64,000 bases of DNA, taken from Nocardioides sp. GTDB taxonomy: Bacteria; Actinomycetota; Actinomycetes; Propionibacteriales; Nocardioidaceae. This document shows, piece by piece, positions 55,560 through 64,000 of this stretch; position 1 is the first letter of the stretch, and every line of letters starts with the position of its first letter. The DNA is taken from NCBI RefSeq assembly GCF_044226765.1, contig NZ_JBGAGJ010000003.1, forward strand, positions 97,045-161,044. Reading direction: 5' to 3'. The position numbers and the translations under genes are program-made. The notes under the pieces were generated by a model, which was not told where the DNA came from, did not search any database, and saw nothing but the letters and a program-made list of their open reading frames with translations.

Positions 55560-56603
55560 GTGTCGGAGCCGTACGACGGCGGTCCCGTGGCCGCGCTGCG
55601 CCGGATCGCGTTCCTGCTCGAGCGGGGGCGGGAGGAGACGTACAAGGTCAAGGCCTACCGCGCCGCGGCCGCCGCGATCCTCCCGCTGCCACCGGACCAG
55701 GTGACCGCGATGGTCGCCGACGGCACCATCACGTCGGTGCCGGGCGTCGGGGCCAGCACCGCGAAGGTGATCACCGCAGCGGTGCGCGGCGAGCTGCCGG
55801 ACCGGCTGGCGGCGCTGGAGGAGGAGCACGGCGGCCCGCTGGTCCCGGGCGGCGCCGAGCTGCGGGCCCGGCTGCGCGGCGACCTGCACTCGCACTCGGA
55901 CTGGTCCGACGGGGGGTCGCCGATCGAGGAGATGGCGTTCACCGCGATCGAGCTGGGCCACGACTACCTCGTGCTGACCGACCACTCGCCCCGCCTGACC
56001 GTCGCCCACGGCCTGAGCCGCGAGCGGCTGGTCCGCCAGCTCGGGGTGGTCGAGGCCGTCAACGAGCACCTCGCCGGCGCGGGCTTCACACTGCTGACCG
56101 GCATCGAGGTCGACATCCTCGACGACGGCGGCCTCGACCAGGACGACGACCTGCTCGCCCGCCTCGACGTCCGGGTCGCCAGCGTCCACTCCAAGCTGAA
56201 GATGGACGCCGACGCGATGACCCGCCGGATGGTGGCGGCGGTCCGCAACCCCCGCACGAACGTGCTGGGCCACTGCACCGGGCGGCTGGTCACCGGCAAC
56301 CGCGGCACCCGGCCGGGATCGCAGTTCGACGCGCGCGCGGTGTTCGAGGCGTGCGCCGAGCACGACGTAGCGGTCGAGATCAACAGCCGCCCCGAGCGTC
56401 GCGACCCGCCCACCCGGTTGCTGGAGCTGGCCCGGGACGTGGGCTGCCTGTTCTCGATCGACAGCGACGCCCACGCGCCCGGTCAGCTGGACTTCCAGGT
56501 CTACGGGTGCGAGCGGGCCGAGGCGGCCGGCATCGACACCGACCGGATCGTCAACACCTGGCCCCGAGAGCGGCTGCTCGCCTGGGCCGCGAAGGGGGCG
56601 TGA
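55560..56603 (+). CDS. PHP domain protein with PolX-like N-terminal HhH (no polymerase core)
   Basis: YKVKAYR.AA, VPGVG; DLHSHSDWSDG, LTDHS, GIEVDI, SVHS, LGH, EINS, DSDAH; GGAGGAGG RBS. Confidence 0.88.
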   Translation: MSEPYDGGPVAALRRIAFLLERGREETYKVKAYRAAAAAILPLPPDQVTAMVADGTITSVPGVGASTAKVITAAVRGELPDRLAALEEEHGGPLVPGGAELRARLRGDLHSHSDWSDGGSPIEEMAFTAIELGHDYLVLTDHSPRLTVAHGLSRERLVRQLGVVEAVNEHLAGAGFTLLTGIEVDILDDGGLDQDDDLLARLDVRVASVHSKLKMDADAMTRRMVAAVRNPRTNVLGHCTGRLVTGNRGTRPGSQFDARAVFEACAEHDVAVEINSRPERRDPPTRLLELARDVGCLFSIDSDAHAPGQLDFQVYGCERAEAAGIDTDRIVNTWPRERLLAWAAKGA

Positions 56604-56620
56604 CCGGGTAGGTTCGAATC

Positions 56621-57166
56621 ATGTCGACGACCCCGTCCGGTGCGCGGCCCGAGGTGGAGGTGCGGCGCTCCAAGCGCCGCCGCCGCACCGTCTCGGCCTA
56701 CCGCGACGGCGACCGCGTGGTCGTGATGATCCCGGCGTCGCTCTCCCGCAAGGAGGAGGCGGAGTGGGTGGAGACGATGATCGCCCGCCTCGAGCGATCC
56801 GAGCGACGGCGGCGGCCCAGCGACGGCGACCTGCTGCGCCGCGCCCACGACCTGAGCGACCGCTACCTCGGCGGCCTCGCGGTCCCCGAGTCGGTGCGGT
56901 GGGTCGACAACCAGCAGTCGCGGTGGGGGTCGTGCACCCCGGGCGACCGCACCATCCGGCTGTCGGGCCGGCTGCGGGGCATGCCGCAGTGGGTCGTGGA
57001 CTACGTGCTCGTCCACGAGCTCGCCCACCTCCTCGAGCCCGGGCACGACGCCAACTTCTGGGCCTGGGTCGACCGCTACCCGCAGGCCGAGCGGGCCAAG
57101 GGCTACCTGATCGGGTGGTCGGCCGCCGCGCGTCTGGAGCCGCCGCCCAGCGACGAGCTGGACTGA
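56621..57166 (+). CDS. M48/YgjP-like (DUF45) metallohydrolase
   Basis: VRRSKRRRRTV, RWGSCT, YVLVHELAHL..H...FW; leaderless (TAGGTT). Confidence 0.88.
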   Translation: MSTTPSGARPEVEVRRSKRRRRTVSAYRDGDRVVVMIPASLSRKEEAEWVETMIARLERSERRRRPSDGDLLRRAHDLSDRYLGGLAVPESVRWVDNQQSRWGSCTPGDRTIRLSGRLRGMPQWVVDYVLVHELAHLLEPGHDANFWAWVDRYPQAERAKGYLIGWSAAARLEPPPSDELD

Positions 57167-57702
57167 GCGCGAGCCCGCGCGAGCTCCACCAGCTCCACGA
57201 GGTCGGGCTGGGGCTCGGGCAGCGCGTCGGCGGGCCACCAGCGCACGTCGAGCGACTCCTCGCTCACCGTCGAGCCGCTCCCCGGTGGTGCGACCGCGAC
57301 GAACCGGACGTCGAGGTGGTGGACGTCGCCGTCCGGGCCGCAGAAGGGCACCGGGTGCTCGCTGAGCTGCACCGGCACCGGGTCGAGCACCAGCCCCCCG
57401 ATCCCGGACTCCTCGCGGGCCTCGCGCAGCGCCGCGCCCGCGAGGGACTCGTCGACGGGCTCGCAGTGCCCGCCGAGCTGGAACCACCGATGTGCCTTGG
57501 CGTGCAGGGTGAGCAGCACCGCGTCCCGGGAGGTGTCCAGCACCAGCGTGCTCGCGGTGAGGTGGTCGGGCCGGCAGCCGCGGTCCAGCCCGTCGGGGTG
57601 GGCGCGCAGGTGCTCGACGTACCGACGGCGCAGCCGCTCCTGGGCGGGCGACGGCGCGGCCCAACCCTGGAGGAGCGCGAGCGCGTCAGCGTGGAGCGTC
57701 AC
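57103..57702 (-). CDS. NUDIX hydrolase
   Basis: HLTAS, WFQLGGHCE...AALREAREESG, HLDVRF; GTGA coupling to the upstream protease gene. Confidence 0.88.
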   Translation of the reverse strand: MTLHADALALLQGWAAPSPAQERLRRRYVEHLRAHPDGLDRGCRPDHLTASTLVLDTSRDAVLLTLHAKAHRWFQLGGHCEPVDESLAGAALREAREESGIGGLVLDPVPVQLSEHPVPFCGPDGDVHHLDVRFVAVAPPGSGSTVSEESLDVRWWPADALPEPQPDLVELVELARARAQSSSSLGGGSRRAAADHPIR

Positions 57703-59060
57703 GCCTCCGGCTCGTCGCCGGTCTCGCCGTCGAGGAGCTTGGCGAGCTCGGCGTCGAAGTCCGCGTCGCTGAGCTCCGGCGGCGCGGTCGCGTCCTCGCG
57801 GAAGCCGAGCGGGTCGTCGAGGTCGGCGGCGGTGGGGAGCAGGTCGGGGTGCATCCAGACGCCGTCGCGCGCCTCGGTGCCCTGCCGGGTCCGCAACGAG
57901 GCCCACAGCGTGGAGGCGTCACGCAGCCGGCGCGGACGCAGCTCGAGGCCGACCAGCGTGGAGAAGGTCTGCTCCGCCGGCCCGCCCGAGGCCCGGCGCC
58001 GTCGGAACGCCTCCTGCAGCTTGGTCGCCGTCGGCATCCGCTCCGCGGTGGCCTGACCGACCACCTCGTCCACCCAGCCCTCGACCAGCGCGAGGGTGAC
58101 CTCGAGGCGCTGCAGGGCGGCCGCCTGGGCGGGGGACTGGGGCAGGTCGAACATGCCGCCCTCGAGGAGCTGCTGCATCGACTCGGGGTTGGTGGGGTCG
58201 ATGCCGCGCATCTGCTCCTCCATCCGTGCCTGCATGCCCTCGGCGTTGATCTCGATGCCGCGCGCGTAGTCGGCGACCGCGCCGATCAGGTGGTCGCGCA
58301 GCCACGGCACGTGCGCGAACAGCCGCTGGTGGGCGGCCTCACGCAGCGCGAGGTAGAGCAGCACGTCGTCCTCGCTCACGTCGAGGCCCTCGGCGAACCG
58401 CGCGACGTTGGCGGGCAGGATCGCGGCCCGGCCCCGGGTCGCCAGCGGCAGCCCGATGTCGGAGACGCTCAGCACCTCCGCGGCCAGGGTGCCGAGCCCG
58501 GAGCCGACCTGCTGGGCCAGCATGCCGCCGACCGCCTGCCCCAGGATGCCCAGCAACGGCCCCGACATCGCCTGCGCCTCGGCCGGCAGCGCACCGGACA
58601 ACGCGTTCACCGAGGACTCGGCGATCGGCTCGACGAGGACCTTCCACACATCGGTGGTCGCGACGATCCACTCGGCACGGCTCCAGGCCGCGGTCGAGGT
58701 GACGCCGGAGGGGAACGTCGTGGTGTCGTCGAGCCAGTGGTCGGCCAGCCGCACGGCGTCGGCGACGGCGTCCTGCTGCCGCTGGGTCGGGCTCGGGTCC
58801 GGCTCCTGGGCAACGGTCTTGCGCGCCACGTCGAGCGCGAAGTCCCAGTTGAGGGGGCCGTCGTGGGGCTGCATGAGGAACTGCAGCTGGCTGAAGATCT
58901 GGTTGAGGTCGGGCATGCCGGCGCCCGCGGCGCCGCCGGGGGCGCCCATCGCGCCGAAGCCGCCGCCGAACGCGCTGAAGAGCTGTTCGAACGGGGTGCC
59001 CTTGAAGGGGTTCTGGCCCTCGTCCGGGGAGTCGGAGCCGTCGCCGGGCTTGTCGGTCAT
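57699..59060 (-). CDS. Zinc-dependent metalloprotease-like protein (Zincin_2, Rv3195-like)
   Basis: GPLNWD, AWSRAEW, LALREAAHQRLF..VPWL, LALVEGW, GLELRPRRLR, W.HPDLLP; TACCGT lies 6 nt before the ATG. Confidence 0.85.
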   Translation of the reverse strand: MTDKPGDGSDSPDEGQNPFKGTPFEQLFSAFGGGFGAMGAPGGAAGAGMPDLNQIFSQLQFLMQPHDGPLNWDFALDVARKTVAQEPDPSPTQRQQDAVADAVRLADHWLDDTTTFPSGVTSTAAWSRAEWIVATTDVWKVLVEPIAESSVNALSGALPAEAQAMSGPLLGILGQAVGGMLAQQVGSGLGTLAAEVLSVSDIGLPLATRGRAAILPANVARFAEGLDVSEDDVLLYLALREAAHQRLFAHVPWLRDHLIGAVADYARGIEINAEGMQARMEEQMRGIDPTNPESMQQLLEGGMFDLPQSPAQAAALQRLEVTLALVEGWVDEVVGQATAERMPTATKLQEAFRRRRASGGPAEQTFSTLVGLELRPRRLRDASTLWASLRTRQGTEARDGVWMHPDLLPTAADLDDPLGFREDATAPPELSDADFDAELAKLLDGETGDEPEA

Positions 59061-59135
59061 GCCTCCACGGTACGCGCCCGGCGGCAACCGGCGGCGGGCC
59101 TTCTCCGGCGGCGGACCGCCGCCTAGCATCGCCGG

Positions 59136-59582
59136 GTGACCGATCTCGAGCGTCCCGCCCTCCCGACCGTCCGGCTCGTCGACCTGCGTGAGACGCCCCT
59201 CGACGTCGCCGAGGTGGTCGCCGCGCTCGACGACGACGCCTCGGGCGGCCTGACCCTGTTCGTGGGCCGGGTGCGCGACCACGACGGCGGCAAGGGCGTC
59301 GACGGCCTGGACTACTCCGCGCACCCGACCGCCCTGGAGACGATGCGCGCGATCTGCGAGCGGGTGGCCGCCGACCACCCGGTGCACGGGGTCGCCGCGG
59401 TCCACCGGGTCGGGTCGCTCGCGGTCGGCGACATCGCGGTCGTCGTCGCGACGACCGCCGCGCACCGCGGCGTCGCCTTCGACGCCTCGCGGGCGCTGAT
59501 CGACACGCTCAAGGCCGAGGTGCCGATCTGGAAGCACCAGCGGTTCGGCGACGGCTCCGACGAGTGGGTCGGGACGCCGTAG
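59136..59582 (+). CDS. moaE: Molybdopterin synthase catalytic subunit
   Basis: FVGRVRDHD, LDYSAH, HRVGSL.VGD, HRG.AF, LKAEVPIWKHQ. Confidence 0.92.
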   Translation: MTDLERPALPTVRLVDLRETPLDVAEVVAALDDDASGGLTLFVGRVRDHDGGKGVDGLDYSAHPTALETMRAICERVAADHPVHGVAAVHRVGSLAVGDIAVVVATTAAHRGVAFDASRALIDTLKAEVPIWKHQRFGDGSDEWVGTP

Positions 59583-59643
59583 CCGGCAGCAGGCCGAGCG
59601 CGCCTCCCCGCTCCGGGGCCCCGCGGTCCGTACCCTCGTCCGC

Positions 59644-59889
59644 GTGGAGGTCCTGCTCTGGCTGGTGCCGTCGGTCGTCGTCACCTTCGTCGCCATGCTC
59701 TGGGTCGCCTGGTGGGGCCGCGAGGGCCGCGGCGAGGTCGACCGGGAGATCGCCGTACGCCGGCTGGCCGCCGCGCTGGAGCCCGACGACCGGCGCCGCC
59801 GCCGGCCCACCCCGGGCTACGCCGCACCCCGACCCGAGGCCGACCGCTCCACCGGCATCGCGGTGCGGCCGTCGCGCCGGGCCTCCTGA
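59644..59889 (+). CDS. Small single-pass membrane protein
   Basis: N-terminal TM (LLWLVPSVVVTFVAMLWVAWW) and basic tail; TACCCT lies 7 nt before the GTG. Confidence 0.65.
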   Translation: MEVLLWLVPSVVVTFVAMLWVAWWGREGRGEVDREIAVRRLAAALEPDDRRRRRPTPGYAAPRPEADRSTGIAVRPSRRAS

Positions 59890-59975
59890 GGGACCACCGG
59901 GTCCGCGGGGGAACTCTTGGGCCACGCTCAGGGTCACCTGGGTTCGGTTCAGGGTGGATCTGACAGGCTTGCGCC

Positions 59976-61040
59976 ATGACGCAGCGCACCCTCGCCGGCA
60001 TCCTCGCCGTGCCGCTGCTCATCGGTCTGTGGGTGACCGCCGCGCTCGTCCCGCTGCCCTACGTCACCTACGAGCCCGGCCTGACCGTGAACGTGCTCGG
60101 TGACAACGACGACGGCAAGCCGATCATCGCCGTGACCGGGGCGAAGTCCTACGCCGACGACGGGCAGCTGCGGATGACGACGGTCTACGTCTCCCAGCCG
60201 CGCCCGGAGGGCAAGAACAACCTCTTCGAGCTGATGCGTGACTGGGCCAGCGACGAGGACGCCGTCTACCCCTACGACGCGGTCTACCGCCAGGACGAGA
60301 CGGTCGCCCAGAACAAGCAGGAGGGAGCGGCCCAGATGACCTCCTCCCAGGACGCTGCGACAGCGGTCGCGCTGGAGGAGCTCGGCTACGACGTCACCGA
60401 GCCGGTCGTCGCGGACGTCACCGCCGGCGCCCCGGCCGAGGGCCGGCTGCGGGCCGGTGACGTGGTGCTGAGCGTGGACGGTGCCGCGACCGCGACGACC
60501 CAGGACGTCGTCGACGCCGTGACGTCCGCGTCGGCGGGCGAGCCGGTGACGTTCGTGGTCCGCCGCGACGGCCAGCGCCGCACCGTGCAGGTGACGCCGC
60601 GCACCGTGGACGGCAAGCCCCAGGTGGGCATCTCGGTGGGGGCGCAGGTCAAGAAGGACCTGCCGGTCGACGTCGCGATCAACCTGTCCGACGGCATCGG
60701 TGGTCCCAGCGCCGGGCTGATGTTCTCCCTCGGCATCTACGACACGCTCACCCCGGGCTCGCTCACCGGCGGCAAGACGGTCGCCGGCACCGGCACCATG
60801 GACGCCACGGGTGCCGTCGGCCCGATCGGGGGGATCCAGCAGAAGATCGTGGGCGCCCGGGACGCCGGCGCCCAGCTGTTCCTCGTGCCGCCGGACAACT
60901 GCCAGGACGCGCTGGGCGCACCCAACGGCGACATGCGCCTGGTGCGCGCCGACACCATGCACGACGCGCGGGTCGCCATCCAGGCCTGGGTGAAGGACCC
61001 GGACGCGACGCTGCCGAGCTGTGAGGGAGTGGCCTCGTGA
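59976..61040 (+). CDS. PDZ domain / Lon-like serine protease (YlbL, Rv3194c-like)
   Basis: LPYV...PG, G.LRMTTV, PDZ region, IGGPSAGLMFSL, AGTGT, IGGIQQK. Confidence 0.9.
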   Translation: MTQRTLAGILAVPLLIGLWVTAALVPLPYVTYEPGLTVNVLGDNDDGKPIIAVTGAKSYADDGQLRMTTVYVSQPRPEGKNNLFELMRDWASDEDAVYPYDAVYRQDETVAQNKQEGAAQMTSSQDAATAVALEELGYDVTEPVVADVTAGAPAEGRLRAGDVVLSVDGAATATTQDVVDAVTSASAGEPVTFVVRRDGQRRTVQVTPRTVDGKPQVGISVGAQVKKDLPVDVAINLSDGIGGPSAGLMFSLGIYDTLTPGSLTGGKTVAGTGTMDATGAVGPIGGIQQKIVGARDAGAQLFLVPPDNCQDALGAPNGDMRLVRADTMHDARVAIQAWVKDPDATLPSCEGVAS

Positions 61041-61621
61041 GCGACGCCGACGAGCCCGGTGGCGAGCCGGGCCACGAGCCCGACCTGGACGTCGACCCGG
61101 CCCTGGCGACCGCGGTGCTCGAGATCGAGGGCCACGCCGCCGCCGAGGGCTGGGACCGTCCCGCGCGCCTGTACGCGCTGGTCGAGACGGCGTCCCTGGT
61201 GCGGCGGGAGCCGGCCCTGGCGGCCGCGATGGGCCTGGACGACGCGTCGGCCGAGGGCTCCCTGACCGCCGTCGAGCAGGACCACCTCGCGGCCGACCAG
61301 CCGCTGGAGGTGGCGCTGGAGTCGATCACGTGGTCGCCGGAGGTCGCCGGGTGTGCCGCCGTGGTCGAGCGGCTCGTGCTGCCGCCGGGGGCTGACGACG
61401 ACCTGCCGGAGGACCCGGGCTCGGCCGAGGAGTTCGCCCGCGAGCACCCCGACCGGCAGGAGGTCCGGATCGTGGCCGGGGCGACGCGTGGCGGGTCGAC
61501 GTACTGTGCGCTGCGACTGCGTGCCCACGACGACGACCAGTCGGTGGTGGGCGGTGCGCAGCTGGTGCCCGGGCTGCTGGAGCTGCTCGTGGCGACGTTG
61601 GAGGAGGAGACCCGGGAGTGA
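61037..61621 (+). CDS. PPA1309 family protein
   Basis: EIEGH....GWDRPARLYALV, LTAVEQD, VERLVLPP, HPDRQEVR; usual position between the PDZ protease and UPF0182. Confidence 0.8.
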   Translation: MSDADEPGGEPGHEPDLDVDPALATAVLEIEGHAAAEGWDRPARLYALVETASLVRREPALAAAMGLDDASAEGSLTAVEQDHLAADQPLEVALESITWSPEVAGCAAVVERLVLPPGADDDLPEDPGSAEEFAREHPDRQEVRIVAGATRGGSTYCALRLRAHDDDQSVVGGAQLVPGLLELLVATLEEETRE

Positions 61622-61640
61622 ACACCGGAGTGAGGCCCGC

Positions 61641-64000
61641 ATGAGTGAGCTGTTCGACGAGGGGACCGAGCCCGCCGGGCCGGCGCCCCGCCAGGGGTCG
61701 CGCCGGTCGCGCGCCCTGATCATCACCGCGGTCGTGCTCGTGGTGCTGTTCTTCGGGCTGAGCACCTTCGCCACGCTCTACACCGACCGGCTCTGGTACC
61801 GGGTCGGCGGCTACGGCTCGGTGTTCTCGACCCTCTTCTGGACCAAGACCGGCCTGTTCCTCGGCTTCGGGGCGCTGATGGCGGTGGTGGTCGGGCTCAA
61901 CATCTATCTCGCCTACCGATTCCGCCCGTTCTTCCGGCCGAGCTCGAACGAGCAGACCGGCCTGGACCGCTACCGCGACGCGGTCACGCCGATCCGCACC
62001 TGGCTGCTGGTCGGGATCTCCCTGGTGCTGGGTGCCTTCGCCGGCAGCTCGGCGATCGGGGAGTGGCGCGACTACCTGCTGTGGCGCAACGGCGTCCCCT
62101 TCGGGGAGAAGGACCACTGGTTCAACAAGGACATCGGGTTCTACGTCTTCGACCTGCCGTGGCTGCACTACCTCGTCGACTTCGCGATGGCCGCGCTGGT
62201 CATCTCGGTCATCGCCGCCGCCGTCACGCACTACCTCTACGGCGGCATCCGGCTGCAGACGCCGCGCGACCGCTTCTCCGGGCCGGCGCAGGCGCAGCTG
62301 TCGTTGCTGCTGGGCCTCTTCGTGCTCGCGAAGGCGGCCGACTACTGGCTCGACCGCTTCGACCTGGTCAACCACGGTGGGTCGCTGATCACCGGCATGA
62401 ACTACACCGGCGACCACGCGGTGCTGCCGGCCAAGAACATCCTGCTCGCCATCTCGCTGCTCTGCGCGGTGCTGTTCTTCGTCAACGTCTGGCGGCGCAC
62501 CTGGCTGCTGCCCTCGGTCGGTCTCGCGCTGCTCGCGGTCTCCGCGATCCTGCTCGGGCTGATCTGGCCGGGCATCGTGCAGCAGTTCCAGGTCAAGCCC
62601 TCGGAGGCCGACAAGGAGCTGCCGTACATCACCCGCAACATCGAGGCGACCCGCGCGGCGTACGACATCGACGACATCAGCGTGACCACGGTCCCCGACG
62701 CGACCATCAGCACGTCCAGCAGGACGCTCCTGGACGCCCAGACCGCATCCGTGCCGCTGGTGGACCCGAAGCTGGTGAGCCCGACCTTCGAGCAGGTGCA
62801 GCAGGGACGGGCGTACTACTCGGTCGCCGACGTGCTCGACGTCGACCACTACCCCATCGACGGGACCGACCGCGCGCTCGTCCTCGGCGTGCGCGAGCTG
62901 GACCAGTCCGGCATCCCCGACGGTGACCAGAACTGGTCGAACCTGCACACCGTCTACACCCACGGCTCAGGCGTGATCGCGGCCTACGGCAACCAGCGCA
63001 CGACCGCGGACCAGCTTCCCTCGGGCACCGACAGCTCGCTCGACACGACCCAGTGGGCGCAGGGTCGCGGGGCCGGCCAGGACGCCCTCGCCCAGGCGAC
63101 CGGCGACTTCGAGCAGCGGGTGTACTTCGGTGAGCAGAGCCCCGACTACTCGATCGTCGGCAAGGTGCCCGGCACCAGCTCGGTCGAGCTCGACCTGCCG
63201 ACCGGCACCTCGTCGGAGGACCAGTCCGACTCCGACCAGACCACGACGTACGACGGCACCGGCGGGGTGCCGATCGGCAGCACGTTCCGGCAGCTGATGT
63301 ACGCGGTGAAGTACGGCGAGCCGAACTTCCTGCTCTCGGGGCGGGTCAACGCCGACAGCAAGATCCTCTACAACCGGGACCCGCGGACCCGGGTCGAGAA
63401 GGCGGCACCCTGGCTGACCGTCGACGGCGACGCCTACCCGATCGTGGCCGACGGCCGGATCCTGTGGGTGCTCGACGGCTACACCACGACCGATCGCTAC
63501 CCGGGCTCCCAGCGCGAGTCGTTCGACACGATGACCAACGACTCGCTGCAGACCAACGAGACCCTGCGCACGGTGCCGACCGACGAGATCAACTACATGC
63601 GCAACGCGGTGAAGGCGACGGTCGACGCCTACGACGGGACGGTCAAGCTCTACGCCTGGGACCAGACCGACCCGATCCTGCAGACCTGGGAGAAGGCGTT
63701 CCCCGGCACCGTGCTGCCGAAGTCGGAGATCCCGCAGGCCGTGACCGACCACCTGCGGTACCCCGAGGACATGTTCAAGGCCCAGCGCTACCAGTTCGCC
63801 CGCTACCACGTGCAGCCGAGCGACTTCTACCAGGGCAACAACCGCTGGGAGGTGCCGGTCGACCCGAACTCGACCAGCAACCTGCAGCCGCCGTACCGGC
63901 TGTTCGTGGACCAGTCCGAGGGCGCCGGGGCCGGTCAGCCGGTCTTCTCGCTGACATCGAGCCTGGTGCCCTACAAGAAGAGCAACCTGGCGGCGTTCAT
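61641..64000 (+). CDS. UPF0182 family membrane protein (3' truncated by the window edge; not in the ORF track)
   Basis: ATG 61641 opens a frame to the end; YTDRLWY, FG.KD..F.KDIGFYVFDLPW, YTHG, DGYTT..YP.S, NYMRNAVKATVDAYDG, HLRYPED. Confidence 0.92.
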   Translation, partial: MSELFDEGTEPAGPAPRQGSRRSRALIITAVVLVVLFFGLSTFATLYTDRLWYRVGGYGSVFSTLFWTKTGLFLGFGALMAVVVGLNIYLAYRFRPFFRPSSNEQTGLDRYRDAVTPIRTWLLVGISLVLGAFAGSSAIGEWRDYLLWRNGVPFGEKDHWFNKDIGFYVFDLPWLHYLVDFAMAALVISVIAAAVTHYLYGGIRLQTPRDRFSGPAQAQLSLLLGLFVLAKAADYWLDRFDLVNHGGSLITGMNYTGDHAVLPAKNILLAISLLCAVLFFVNVWRRTWLLPSVGLALLAVSAILLGLIWPGIVQQFQVKPSEADKELPYITRNIEATRAAYDIDDISVTTVPDATISTSSRTLLDAQTASVPLVDPKLVSPTFEQVQQGRAYYSVADVLDVDHYPIDGTDRALVLGVRELDQSGIPDGDQNWSNLHTVYTHGSGVIAAYGNQRTTADQLPSGTDSSLDTTQWAQGRGAGQDALAQATGDFEQRVYFGEQSPDYSIVGKVPGTSSVELDLPTGTSSEDQSDSDQTTTYDGTGGVPIGSTFRQLMYAVKYGEPNFLLSGRVNADSKILYNRDPRTRVEKAAPWLTVDGDAYPIVADGRILWVLDGYTTTDRYPGSQRESFDTMTNDSLQTNETLRTVPTDEINYMRNAVKATVDAYDGTVKLYAWDQTDPILQTWEKAFPGTVLPKSEIPQAVTDHLRYPEDMFKAQRYQFARYHVQPSDFYQGNNRWEVPVDPNSTSNLQPPYRLFVDQSEGAGAGQPVFSLTSSLVPYKKSNLAAF

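Noticed and set aside
53143-59582. Ubiquitin-like or sulfur-carrier system (ThiF-like + MoaE + small proteins), or a RiPP cluster
   Set aside because: No small protein ends in Gly-Gly, there is no JAB peptidase, YcaO or Ser/Thr/Cys-rich precursor, and these genes belong to a conserved core block.

Overview
High-GC actinobacterial chromosome segment; gene content, codon bias and leaderless promoters suggest Nocardioides/Propionibacteriales (inference). It is mostly core or near-core genome, with no integrase, transposase, prophage, CRISPR, tRNA or rRNA seen. The left part carries dinB, a YbdK-type ligase, a TetR-controlled flavin monooxygenase/SDR pair, an OmpR-type two-component system, a KstR-boxed kstD and hrpA. 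The middle carries a hydantoinase/oxoprolinase pair, arcD-arcA, carbamate kinase plus barbiturase, and glutamate decarboxylase. The right part is the conserved actinobacterial block adnA-adnB-nudC-mrx1-uvrD2-whiB7/wblC through a zinc protease, PDZ protease and UPF0182. The most notable unexplained signals are: (1) a ~91-nt multi-stem RNA candidate with its own -10 element, between an uncharacterised gene and an orphan PemK/MazF-like gene; (2) carbamate kinase coupled to barbiturase with no ornithine carbamoyltransferase or ureidomalonase in view; (3) two tandem 54-aa Arg/Ala-rich paralogous small proteins behind whiB7, one missing from the ORF track; (4) a DnaA-box-like cluster away from any origin genes; (5) a 4 x 62-bp palindromic array and several REP-like palindrome families. 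All calls come from reading the sequence and recalled family motifs; no searches were run.
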